Below are positions 41,991 to 53,103 of a stretch of DNA of 64,000 nt, piece after piece. How positions within the stretch are numbered: position 1 is the first letter of the stretch; each line of letters begins with the position of its first letter. The DNA is from Antedon mediterranea (taxonomy: Eukaryota; Animalia; Echinodermata), in the NCBI RefSeq assembly GCF_964355755.1, contig NC_092676.1:7975888-8039887 (forward strand), written 5' to 3'. Both the position numbers and the translations under genes were made by a program. Under the pieces are notes generated by a model. It was not told the DNA's origin and did not search any database. It was given only the letters and a program-made list of their open reading frames with translations.

Positions 41991-42128
41991 GTTGTTCAAT
42001 ATATTTTCATGAGCGCCAGCTAGCTAACGAGTTACCAAGTCAAGTATTATACTCTCTCCAGGCAAGTAAAATGTGTGGTGGGCCTAGCATGTGAAAACCA
42101 AATCATGGAAAAAATGTGAAAGCCGGTT

Positions 42129-42145
42129 ACTATAGAGGGCGACAT
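42129..42145 (+). promoter_or_regulatory. CTCF-like motif between the tRNA terminator and the Pol II start region
   Basis: ACTATAGAGGGCGACAT resembles the CTCF core (CTAGRGGGCRC). Similar motifs occur near 11985 (minus) and 30709. Confidence 0.4.
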
Positions 42146-42174
42146 TATAGTTTTGTTGGGTGTCAAAAAAAATT

Positions 42175-42245
42175 TGCATCGGCCGGGAATTGAACCCGGG
42201 TCCCCCGCGTGGCAGGCGAGAATTCTACCACTGAACCACCGATGC
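42175..42245 (-). tRNA. tRNA-Gly-GCC: tRNA-Gly(GCC)
   Basis: GCATCGGTGGTTCAGTGGTAGAATTCTCGCCTGCCACGCGGGGGACCCGGGTTCAATTCCCGGCCGATGCA, 71 nt, intact cloverleaf, with a T8 terminator immediately downstream. Confidence 0.97.
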
Positions 42246-43224
42246 TACATGTTATAGAAAACAGTATTATTGTATAATCTTTACTTTACTTGCTTATTTA
42301 TTTTATTATAATAGCCCGCTCCCTCAGCCTAGGCCAGTCTGGCCTAGTAGTAGAGGCTATATATGGTTTGACCTTGAAAAAATTCTAATAAAAGGTCTTT
42401 TGGTATTTTCTTGTAGCTTTAGGTGTCAATAATTACCAAAAAATTTTTGCAGCCTTCTAGTTGCTGCGTTAGTGAGATATTGAGGGTCAAAGGTCAGTGA
42501 CCTTTTTGTGGCATTTGATGGCTCATAACTCCTCAACTCCTGGGTTTAAAAAGACAAATGTGGTTTCTACATCTATGTTTTAGTGGTCAAACAACAAAAT
42601 AAAGTTTTTGGAAATTTCGGGTTACTTGTGCCATTGGTCAGATAGTCGGGTCAAAGGTCATTGACCTTTATTCATTAATAACTACTGCTAGTGTAGGACC
42701 TGAGTAAGATTTGTATGCATTCAATTTAGGAGAGAATATCTCAACTGTTATAGGATAATTTGACCCCAAGGAACAATATGGGATATGTGTCAAATTCGTT
42801 ATCTGGGGCGAAGATGCCCAAAATCGGGGTCAAGGGTTAGAAATGTGTGGTTCTTATATCTCGACAACCACTTGTCATACAGATTTGCTTTTGGTGTCAA
42901 ATTGTTCAGAATATACATATTTATATTCGGTCTAACACAACTTTTACCCAAAAAAATGACCGGAAATGCTTTTACTGACCTTTGACCAAAAAACACATTT
43001 TCGGGTTAAATATTTAAAATGTCAATGGACACACTGTATAGTATCAAATGAAAGCATATACATATGCTACCCATTGCTACCCAACTTGTATTTAATTATG
43101 TGATGTTATTTTTGGAAAATATGCATATTTTATTAAATTTAGACAAAAATGAGTATAAATTAATGTAAGTTTATTTTAGGTGAAATAATTCTAGCGTTGT
43201 AATGAAATATTTGGTATAAAAAAG

Positions 43225-44275
43225 AAAAGAATTAGTTGTAGTTTATTAAGTTCTTTATTTGGTAGACCAAACAAAATGGCATTGCAGTAATCTAACTGTG
43301 ATGTTATTAGTGCATGGACAAGTCTAATAAGCGAGGAGTGTGTTTGCGAATTGGTCTTATGTTACGAAGGTGGTAGGTATCAGTTTGACTAATGTTGTTG
43401 ATATGTCTGGACATAATCGTTGCTGAGTCAAATACAACTCCGATATATCTAACCTCCAACGATGATGTGATTGATGTTTCTAGCAATGGCCAATTTCTTG
43501 AAGTGTTTTGAATGAAGACATAAGATTTCTGTTTTACCAGGTTTAAAAAGAGCATGTTTTTAGTTAGCCAATCCTGAACATCAACAACACAAGCTTCGAT
43601 AACCGATTTCGCCTCATTAAACTCTGCTGGATTAAAGCTGATGTACAGTTGTGTATCATCTGCGTACACATGATATTGGACACAATGTCTCTTAATGATA
43701 TCACTCATGGGCGAGATGTAAACTAAAAACAATACTGGACCCAGTATTGATCCTTGAGGAACACCGCATTTTAGGTCGATAGAGGTGGATTTGACATTAC
43801 CAATCCGGACCTGCTGCTTCCTAGAAGACAAATATGACTTGAACCAATTTAGAGCAGATCCACGGATACCAATAGACGAGAGTCTTGCAATAAGAATGGA
43901 ATAGTCCATGGTATCAGAAGCTGCCGACAGGTCGAGGTACACAGAAAAAAGACAATTACCTTTATTCAGAGTTAAAATAATATCATTATGCACCTAGAGA
44001 ATGGCTGACTCTGTACTGTGGTGCTTTCTATATGCTGATTGAAGAGGGTCGAACAGATTATTGTCGTCAAGAAAATGTATGAGATCTAAAGCAACGCATT
44101 TCTCAAGGATCAATTAGATAAAAAAGCGACATTAGAAATAGATCGAAAATTTGCCATGCAAGTATGATCCAGTGAAGGTTTCTTTAAAATAAATGTAACT
44201 AGACCCAACTTCAAATCATCAGGAAAGGTCGTACCAGTTGATAAAGATAAATTAATAATAATTCTAAATACTGAA
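43225..44275 (-). mobile_element. L2/CR1-group LINE reverse transcriptase fragment (degenerate)
   Basis: ORF 43307-43993 has LDLSAA.DT.D, WFKSYLSSR.Q, GVPQGSILGPVLF and YADDTQLY. A downstream [12 protein letters not shown] motif lies in another frame. Frameshifts and stops are present. Confidence 0.92.
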
Positions 44276-44440
44276 GTCAATTATGCACATTTTCCATAAA
44301 GTTATATTTCTAATTAAAAATTTCAATACAAGTTGGGTAGCAATGGGTAGCATATTGTATATGCTTCCATTTTATACCATACAGTGTGTCCATTGACATT
44401 TTAAAGAATAATTTAACCAGAAAATGTGTTTTTTTGGTCA

Positions 44441-46155
44441 TTTTTTTCGGTCAACCAGCATCGGCCAACAGCTTAAGATCTGCATGGCAACTTGTCAAAC
44501 AACTCTCAGGGAAGAGATCTCAAAGTGCCTGCATCATGGGAGAGGATCGTCTTCTAGCATGGAAAACTCACTTCCACAAACTACTATCGGTGGAGACTTC
44601 AGTGGTAGATGACATGGATATCGTCAAAATCTTCAACTTAACCACCAGATAAGCTCCGAGAGGTTCTCCGAGGCCGAGGTGTAAATTGCCTGCAAACAGA
44701 TGAAATCTGGCAAAGCACCTGGTCTTGACGGTCTTCCCATCAAAATATGGAAATTACCTGGCACCCAGAAAGCTCTCACTTCTTTCTGCAATCAAATTCT
44801 TGATGGAAACAGGCCATCAGAATGGGGAATTTCGTTCATATCCCGAAAAAAGGTGATCTTTCAAAACCAGATAACTACAGGGATATTTCATTATCAAAAT
44901 TGGCTGCAAAGATCTACAATCGCCTGATTTTAAATAGGATACGTCCTGTGATTAATGAAGTTTTACGCCCCAACCAGAATGGCTTTCGTCAGGCACGATC
45001 AACAACTACGCACATTCTTGCACTGAGGAGAATTGTTGAAGAGGTTAAGAACCATCACAAAGAGGCAGTCATTATCTTTATTGACTTTCGCAAAGCCTTC
45101 GATTCCATCAATCGCAACATCATGATGAAGATCCTCTTAGCATACGGCATCCCTCATAAAATTGTAGAAGCCATCAGAGTAATGTATATCAATACATCAG
45201 CAGTTGTCCTGACTCCAGATGGTGAGACTGATTGCTTCAACATCGACTCTGGCGTAGTTCAAGGAGACCCTCTTGCTCCATTCTTGTTTATTGTCTGCCT
45301 TGACTATGTAGTGCGATCAGCAACTACATCATCAGACGGTCTCACCCTCCGCCGTAGTAGAAGACATCCAGCTGAAGTACTACCAGACCTGGACTTTGCC
45401 GATGACATCGCCATTCTTGAAGATTCCATACATGTTGCCGAAAATCTACTGCACAGAATTCAACAAGCCACAGAAGCTATAGGTTTATACTTAAACATCA
45501 AGAAGACCCAATTCATACATTTAACCCCTCATCACCTTCTATAACTCTCGCACTGGATGGATCAGCAATAGAACAAGTAGAGGATTTCAGCTACCTCGGA
45601 AGCTACTGTTCATCCACTAACCATGATTTCGAAGCAAGACTTGGTCAAGCATGGGGTGCGCTGAACAGTCTTTCAAAAAATATGGGCATCTCGTATCAAC
45701 AAGTCCACAAAAATCCGCCTCTTTAAGTCAACATTTGAAGCCATTCTTCTTTACGGCTGTGAGACATGGAGTCTTACTTCATCGCTCTCAAAATCATTGG
45801 ATGGAGCATACACCCGCATGCTGAGGAGGAAAGTCCAAAACATCCCATGGTCCTCACACGCCACCAACAAGACACTATATGCCAACCTTCCCCGTCTTAC
45901 GACCATCATTCAAAGACGTCGCATGGGCCTTGCCGGTCATGTTATAAGAAGCTCTGAGCCTGCCTCAAGAGTTCTCCTTTGGGAACCAGAAGAGAAAAGG
46001 AAAGTGGGAAGACCTCAACTGACTTCGCTCGACATTCTGTTGAAAGATACCAAACTAGACCTGAGTGAACTGAGAAAGAGCATGCTTGATAGAGATGTGT
46101 GGAGACAAATTATCATGGCACCCACTTAATAGTGGGATGACATTAAGTAAGTAAG
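44441..46155 (+). mobile_element. 5'-truncated RTE-group LINE with frameshifted reverse transcriptase
   Basis: Motifs KAPGLDG, NQNGFR, FIDFRKAFDSI, GVVQGDPLAPFLF, DFADDIA and GRP in ORFs 44700-46129. (TAAG)3 tail. 8-bp TSD TTTGGTCA at 44433-44440 and 46156-46163, single-copy in the other inverted arm. Confidence 0.95.
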
Positions 46156-47093
46156 TTTGGTCAAAGGTCAGCAAAAGCATTTCCGGTCATTTTTTGGGGT
46201 AAACGTTGTGTTAGACTGAATATAAATATGTATTTTCTGAACAATTTGACACCAAAAGCAAATCTGTATGATTTGGTTGTCGAGATATAAGAACCACACA
46301 TTTCTAACCTTTGACCCCGATTTTGGGCATGTTCGCCCCCGATAACGAATTTGGCACATATCCCATGTTGTTCCTTGGGGTCTAATTATCCTATAACAGT
46401 TGAGATATTCTCTCCTAAATTGAATGCATACAAATCTTACCCAGGTCCTAAACTAGTAGTAGTTATTAATGAATAAAGGTCAATGACCTTTGACCCGACT
46501 ATCTGACCAATGGCACAAGTAACCCGAAATTTGCAAAAACTTTATTTTGTTGTTTGACCACTAAAACATAGATGTAGACACCACAGTTGTCTTTTTAAAC
46601 CCAGGAATTGAGGAGTTATAAGCCATCAAATGCCACAAAAAGGTCACTGACCTTTGACCCTCAATATCTCACTAACGCAGCAACTAGAAGGCTGCAAATT
46701 TTTTGGTATTTATTCACACCTAAAGCTACAAGAAAATACCAAAAGACCTTTTATTAGAATTTTTTCAAGGTTACATAGGATAAATGTCACATATAGCCTG
46801 TACTATAGGCCTAGACTGATTAATATATCCATTAAAGACATTTTTTCCCCTAAAATTGTGAATAGGCCTGTACACTTTTAATGTCACGTAATAAACTATT
46901 AGTTTGATCAAGAACTGACAAAATATAATCTAAAGCCAAAATAATTAAATTGTCTGTCAGACAATAGTTTTATTTATTTTTTATTTTTTTACAGAAGTAA
47001 CTTTATTAAAATGGCCTATTTAAAGTCTGATTTTATTCAGATCTAAATTGTTCATGTTTTAGGTGGGGAACAATACATCTTTAATTACTATAA

Positions 47094-48841
47094 CTAAATG
47101 GTACGCTCGCTTCGCTCGCGTACCATCTAGGTCGTGCCCACAGATGGTTCGCGAATACATAATAATTTCAGCGTTAAAAAACTGGCGATTTCAAATGTAC
47201 GTATCGCAGGACAATAATACATGTCGTTTACAGCTACAGGAACGAATAAATAGACACTGTGATTTATGTACTCAACTAAAATTAGCACCATGGGAATTAC
47301 TTCCGAAAGAGAAACCAATTGTTTAAGTCAAATTTAAACAAACTTAATTTGTGTTTTGTATGTAACATTAGGGTTGAGGGATGGGGAAGAGGATGGGTGC
47401 AAAGAGGAACAATTTTTAAATATTATTCTTTATCCATTTAGTAACGAAATATAATTGAACTTATTCAACCTTATGTTCCTAAGCGGTCTCGGAGATCTAG
47501 ATCTGAGTCTCTTCTTGCCCATATATTTCATCCTTCCACTAAGTTTTATGGAAATCGTTCATTTTCTTCGGCATCTGTTTCTCTATGGAATGCGTTGCCT
47601 ATTGAAATCCGTCAGGCTACTTCCACCAGTGTCTTCAAATCTCTCCTCAAAACCCACTTTTTAATTTGTAAATTTCTAAATTGTTCTGTCTTTGTAAAGC
47701 GCATTGAGGCTTTCAGCATAATGCGCTATATCAAGTACCAGTTATTATTATTATTATTATTGTTTTCATGTTTTACAAATAATATACCACTAAACACAGT
47801 AAAACATTGCGACGTAATACTTTGTTGAAACTATCACCGTCCTAGTCGATTGAAATAGTACAGTAGGCCCTACATGTAACGATACATCACTACGACGTGT
47901 ATATTTATATAATGTAAAACAATTTGTGAAAACCACCTCTATTCGGGAAAATCATAAATTCGATTTAATCGTCAATAAATATTAAATTATCTAACTCAAC
48001 TTAATTAGTAGGCCTAATGGTTTTCAATTGTTTCTTAGAGCCAATTCATACTTAAAAGTTGGTTCTTACCCTACCCACCAAAGTTGTTCTGCGTTTAGGG
48101 CATGTGATGTACCGTAGGCCTATCCTCTACTGGTTTTACAACGCTACTCATGCCAGTGAGGGAAGGGTGATGATGTGGGTGGTTTAACTGCAATAATAAA
48201 GATTTTATACATAATATACGGCGAGTGAAAACGCTAGCTCTTTATCCGTTTAAAAAAAATTTATATCCAACCTCTGCAGCACAGATTGAAAAAAAAAATG
48301 GATCGAATTTCTGTTATGAGTATACAGTAGTTGCCTTTACGACGCCTGACGGAATAGACACTTGTGGAACAGAGATTGGAATGTTCCATTCATCGCAAAT
48401 CAATACATTTGTATTAACGTATATTAAATCTATCAAAATAGTATTTTTTAAAGAAAATCGGCCTGTCTTCAACATTATGATGCTGTACTCGAGCTGTTCA
48501 ACCGGTTTTCAGCCATTAAAAACAATTATCGTAGGAGGAGATAGGAAAATGCGAAGCATCCTCGTATTATCGTCTGCGGGTATTTTTCAAGACGGACATC
48601 CATTAGACAGTGTATACCACGATCGAAAAACACCCCTATTTGGGGCAAATCGTTGAACCTAAATTCGTTTTAATCGTCAATAACTAATTATCGAACTCAA
48701 TTTAATTAGTAAACAGGGTTACATCAGGCGGTTAAAATCAGTACCGAAAGTACGAACCAACTTTATATACCATCGAGTAAACATTCTAGAAATAACGCGC
48801 GATTTACCGAATTTTGCCCTTACGTAAATTTATATAATAGA
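47094..48841 (-). mobile_element. Non-autonomous Helitron (1748 bp)
   Basis: Minus strand starts 5'-TC and ends TTAG-3', preceded by the hairpin GGTACGCGAGCGAAGCGAGCGTACC. It is inserted between A and T with no TSD; the empty site CTATAA|TGTAGG is present at 51294-51305. Confidence 0.92.
47441..47762 (+). mobile_element. L2 LINE 3' end nested in the Helitron
   Basis: Encodes ..YGNRSFSSASVSLWNALPIEIRQATSTSVFKSLLKTHF. 3' stem-loop GCGCATT..AATGCGC and a (TTA)n tail. Confidence 0.85.
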
Positions 48842-49013
48842 TGTAGGCCTACTATTATTTTTATTTAACGGAAATTTGCCATGACAATTGGTTCATAAAT
48901 TAATTGGATCATTAATTAAACGTGTAACATTTGTATATTAATAATATATATTAAAAAGTTATAAAAAGAGGATAATTGAAAATGTGCCATTAATAAAAAT
49001 GCTGTATAAAAAT

Positions 49014-49034
49014 TGCATCGGCCGGGAACTGAAC
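49014..49034 (-). pseudogene. tRNA-Gly 3' fragment (T-arm/acceptor remnant)
   Basis: Only TGCATCGGCCGGGAACTGAAC remains. An identical remnant lies at 51845-51865. Confidence 0.85.
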
Positions 49035-49143
49035 TATAAATAATAACTCTAATTGTTATATTGTTTAGGTTATAATTTGTGGAACTAATGTTCGATATTT
49101 AAATTGTGTAAATTGTCCTGGAGTATTAATAAAGAAAAAACAT

Positions 49144-49214
49144 TGCATCGGCCGGGAATTGAACCCGGGTCCCCCGCGTGGCAGGCGAGAATTCTACCAC
49201 TGTACCACCGATGC
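49144..49214 (-). tRNA. tRNA-Gly-GCC: tRNA-Gly(GCC), D-stem variant (T12>A)
   Basis: 71 nt, identical to the other copies except GGTGGTACAG in place of GGTGGTTCAG, which creates an A:A mismatch in the D stem. Confidence 0.85.
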
Positions 49215-49409
49215 CTCACATTCTCGATATCTCGTGTTGTTGAACTTTGAACAAATTCAAATTTATACAAATTCATGATGACATAATCATTTCCTTTTTT
49301 TCAGGGAAAGTAAAAATCAACTTCTTGAACAAAATTGGGAATTGAAAGAAAATTTATGTATTAATAAATAGATTCTTTTTAATTCTTTATATACATCTCG
49401 ACAAGACGT

Positions 49410-49568
49410 TTTACATCGAATGTGCAATGGATGAAATATTGTTAGACAGAGTTGACGTCACAATGTTGACGTTTGACAGGTGATCCTCTGAATGAGGCTT
49501 TAATATACGAACGTAACCAGCTGGAAAGAGACCAATTTTACTGCCGATACGACCATACGCCCAGCCAT
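49410..49568 (-). pseudogene. Duplicated, acceptor-less remnant of the terminal SH3 exon of the PACSIN-like gene
   Basis: Near-identical to 52318-52475 (GWAYGRIGSKIGLFPAGYVR..). It is joined directly to sequence matching ~53785 onward, so ~1.3 kb has been deleted. Confidence 0.85.
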
Positions 49569-49912
49569 TACTAATTACTGATTGCATTATGGGAGTATGT
49601 TTCCATACGTGTTTGATCCCAAAAAAATAAGCGCTATTATTCTTTCTGCCTCGATAAAATTACCCATGTTCAACGCGTTATTAGTTTTGTTTGTGACCTA
49701 TTTAACCGGTGACCATGCCTTCCACAAACTTATTTTACTTTTAGGCCTAGGCCTACAAATTTTATTTAAGCTCATTATACTTTGTTTGTGGAAATAAACA
49801 AACAATGTCTATCAGGATTAAAACAGGAAAACAAAATATAATGTGTCATAAGAATATTCCAATATCCAGGTTTTCCTCTCACATTGTACATTGTCATCTA
49901 TTTTAACACATA

Positions 49913-50210
49913 AGCTTGATTCCCACTTGCCACGTACCCAACGCAAGTGAGTTGACCAATCATAAGCGATAGCTTGGATGATCCATCGCAGTATGATTAG
50001 TCAAGTCACCTTAGCTCTGTCTACACTATAAAACTAGTTTGACCCAAAAAATGTGCCCAAATGGTAGTGATATGCCAAAATACCGTAGTGATATGACGTC
50101 ATCATGTCAATATATGTGAAGATCACATTTTTTGTAACATAAAATTTGATAGTGTGGACAGAGCTTTACGTTGCGTTAAATATTAAAATGTATACAGTGG
50201 GAACCCAAGC
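49913..50210. mobile_element. Family B MITE with a nested family A MITE (50013-50165)
   Basis: AGCTTGATTCCCACT..AGTGGGAACCCAAGC encloses AGCTCTGTCTACACT..AGTGTGGACAGAGCT. Duplicated at 54130-54428. Confidence 0.8.
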
Positions 50211-50315
50211 ATTACCTTTCCATGATTTATCTACACTATCATGTTCTTCAAAATCTGACTGAAAAATATTGTAGGACCTGCGAAAACAAAATAAACAGGG
50301 ACATAAGAATGTTTT

Positions 50316-50705
50316 CCGTAGATCTTCTAATTGTAACTCTGGGTTATTATTCTTTGATTGTTTTTTAGGGTGGGTTACAATTAGAAGGTGGGGGGGGGGG
50401 GGTTACTATTAGAGTATTGGGTTACTATTACTAATCTTAAATTAGACACCACCTGAACATAGTAACCCACCCCAACTTTTCCGGTCAGCAACTTATAGCA
50501 AAATAATAAAACAGTACGAATAAACAAATTTGGTTGAACTCTAAGATAAACTCAAAAACACTCAATCCTCCCCCACTCCCGAGATCAAACATCTCCTTAT
50601 TTTCAAAATACGGCTGCATCATAAGTTTTATTTAAGTTTTACGGCTGCATCATAAGTGACTCTGGGTTCTATTAGAGTAGTGGGTTACTATTAGAAGATT
50701 TACGC
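50316..50705. mobile_element. Tigger-like MITE
   Basis: CCGTAGATCTTCTAATTGTAAC ... GTTACTATTAGAAGATTTACG. Duplicated at 54535-54913. Confidence 0.7.
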
Positions 50706-50863
50706 TAGTACGGCACTTTACTTTAATTCGAAAATGTTATAAAAAATTGAAAATTAAAAATGTTGTTATCGTATGAATAAAAAATACGTAAGTGTGACTA
50801 AAAACATAAAATAGATAAATATATTTTCGCAAAACAATTACATAGTAGTAATTAAAAAAAATT

Positions 50864-50934
50864 TGCATCGGCCGGGAATTGAACCCGGGTCCCCCGCGTG
50901 GCAGGCGAGAATTCTACCACTGAACCACCGATGC
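50864..50934 (-). tRNA. tRNA-Gly-GCC: tRNA-Gly(GCC); chimeric flanks (duplication breakpoint)
   Basis: Canonical 71-nt sequence with a T8 terminator. Confidence 0.97.
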
Positions 50935-51417
50935 TACATGTTATATATAATAGTATTATTGTATGGCCTTTACTTTACTTGCTTATTTATTTATTATATT
51001 AGTCTCCCCCCCCCCCAGCCCCAGCCTAGACTGATTAATATATCCATTAAAGACATTTGTCCCCTTAAATTGTGAATAGGCCTATGACATGTTAATGTCA
51101 CGTAATAGTTTGACCAAGAACTGAAAAAATATAATGTAAAGCCAAAATACTTAAATTGTCTGTCAGACAATAGTTTTATTTATTTTTTATTTTTTTACAG
51201 AAGTAACTTTATTAAAATAGCCTATTTAAAGTCTGATTTTATTCAGATCTAAATTGTTCATGTTTTAGGTGGGGAACAATACATCTTTAATTACTATAAT
51301 GTAGGCCTACTATTATTTTAATTTAACGGAAATAAAATTTGCCATGACAATTGGTTCATAAATTAATTGGATCATTAATTAAACGTGTAACATTTGTATA
51401 TTAATAATATATATAAA

Positions 51418-51784
51418 CAAGAATATTTCTTACAAAAAAACGCTGCTTGCTTATTGTTATTGCTAAGGTCAAGTCTGGGGGTCACTTCGTCAAGCCTAGA
51501 TACTTCAAGTATCCTATTACAAACAAAAACTTCAATGGACTGTTTTGATAATAATTACAGTGAATTATAGTAATATCATGGGACTCATAAATACCAGAAA
51601 TGCTTTGGGATTTGTCATTAGACTCTTTTCCCAGCCGTTTTTTGGATTCAACAGGTGGTACCTATAAATTATAGTCGAGTTTCCATTTTAACAAAAATTT
51701 CAAAGTGTAGTACTATACTGCTGCTTGATTTCATCTAATGAATGAGTCATCTCGTGTGACGTAGCGGGCTAGAGCAGCAGCGTG
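51418..51784. mobile_element. Helentron-associated (HINE/DINE-like) non-autonomous element
   Basis: Absent from the paralogous site (48950-48960). Inserted in an A/T run with no clear TSD. Starts AACAAGA and has asymmetric subterminal inverted repeats ACGCTGCTTGCT / AGCAGCAGCGT. Confidence 0.65.
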
Positions 51785-51844
51785 AAAAGTTATAAAAAGA
51801 GGATAATTGAAAATGTGCAATTAATAAAAATGCTGTATAAAAAT

Positions 51845-51865
51845 TGCATCGGCCGGGAACTGAAC
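51845..51865 (-). pseudogene. tRNA-Gly 3' fragment
   Basis: Same 21-nt remnant as 49014-49034. Confidence 0.85.
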
Positions 51866-52006
51866 TATAAATAATAACACTAATTTGTATATTGTTTAGG
51901 TTATAATTTGTGGAACTAATGTTCGATGTTTAAATTGTGTAAATTGTGACAAGTTCAGGTCAAAGGAAAACTAAACTGCCCTGGAGAAATAATAAAGAAA
52001 AAACAT

Positions 52007-52077
52007 TGCATCGGCCGGGAATTGAACCCGGGTCCCCCGCGTGGCAGGCGAGAATTCTACCACTGAACCACCGATGC
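52007..52077 (-). tRNA. tRNA-Gly-GCC: tRNA-Gly(GCC)
   Basis: Canonical 71-nt sequence with a T6 terminator. Confidence 0.97.
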
Positions 52078-52317
52078 CTCACATTCTCAATAGCTCGTGT
52101 TGTTGAACTTTGAACGATAACGTTATCGCTCCTTACGCTATACTTCTGTATTATACAAATTCATGATGACGTAATCATTTCATTTTATTCAGGGAAAGTA
52201 AAAATCAACTTCTTGAACAAAATTGGGAATTTAAAGAAAATGGGCGCAGGCAAACACAATTTATGTATTAATAAATAGATTCTTTTTAATTCTTTATATA
52301 TATCTCGACAAGACGTT

Positions 52318-52511
52318 TTACATCAAATGTGCAATGGATGAAATATTGTTAGACAGAGTTGACGTCACAATGTTGACGTTTGACAGGTGATCCTCTGAAT
52401 GAGGCTTTAATATACGAACGTAACCAGCTGGAAAGAGACCAATTTTACTGCCGATACGACCATACGCCCAGCCATCGTCATTGGTAGGACCGATTTGGGA
52501 AAAGACTTCAC
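52318..52511 (-). CDS. PACSIN: PACSIN-like gene, last coding exon (C-terminal half of SH3 plus extension)
   Basis: Acceptor catttttcag. Phase 1 reads GEVFSQIGPTNDDGWAYGRIGSKIGLFPAGYVRILKPHSEDHLSNVNIVTSTLSNNISSIAHLM*, with SH3 GW and GLFP.YV motifs. AATAAA at 52184-52189 (minus). Confidence 0.88.
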
Positions 52512-52666
52512 CTGAAAAATGACAGATAAATGACGTATTGAGCTACAAGAACTTTGTTAGACCTGTTTTTATCGAATTTATTATATATACAGTACAAGAA
52601 AGAAAATAGATTCAAGGCAAATCAATTAATCTTTGCATAGAGATAGATATTTTCATCATAGTCTCT

Positions 52667-52733
52667 AATAATAATAATAATAATAACAGGATTTTTATAG
52701 CGCACATACCACTCAAGAGTGCTCAAGGCGCAT
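52667..52733 (-). mobile_element. L2-type 3' tail remnant (LINE or partner SINE)
   Basis: Minus strand reads GCGCCTTGAGCACTCTTGAGTGGTATGTGCGCTATAAAAATCCTG followed by (TTA)n. Confidence 0.7.
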
Positions 52734-53103
52734 TAAAAAAAAATAAAAACATAAAAACATCATAATCTCTATGGCCCTTGCAAAGAATTAGTTTACATTG
52801 TGGTCCTTAAAAACGGGTCCTCCTAAATCCCAAACATGGGCCTGCCCTACCAAGCACTGCCAATAAAAGTGTACGAACCATGACTTTGTATGGGATGGAG
52901 TTCTAAAGTGATTTTTATGTTTGTTGTGGTTTTAGACAGAGAGGTTATCGAGATGACCGAGAGACGAAAAAATTATAAAGTTACATTACGCATTGTTCTA
53001 TGGTTCAATAAGATAAAGTGATTGGCAACAAATTAATATCTGTAATTTTAAAAAAAAGAGACCAAAAAGCAAATAATCTGATCAAGCATGGTGCTGTACC
53101 AAC

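Larger units (their letters stand above)
42333..46808. mobile_element. Foldback structure with ~800 bp inverted arms enclosing an L2 RT fragment; right arm interrupted by an RTE LINE
   Basis: 42335-43135 is the reverse complement of 44283-44440 plus 46164-46818. It is bounded by direct GCCTAG (42327-42332, 46809-46814). The paralogous site at 51024-51029 has a single GCCTAG. Confidence 0.85.

Noticed and set aside
42785-46359. Paralogous small ORFs MCQIRY... at 42785 (+) and 46168 (-)
   Set aside because: They reflect the inverted-repeat arms. The frames diverge by frameshift, and no domain is recognisable.
48225-48656. 143-aa ORF inside the Helitron as Rep/helicase
   Set aside because: No HUH or helicase motifs, and it is on the opposite strand to the element.
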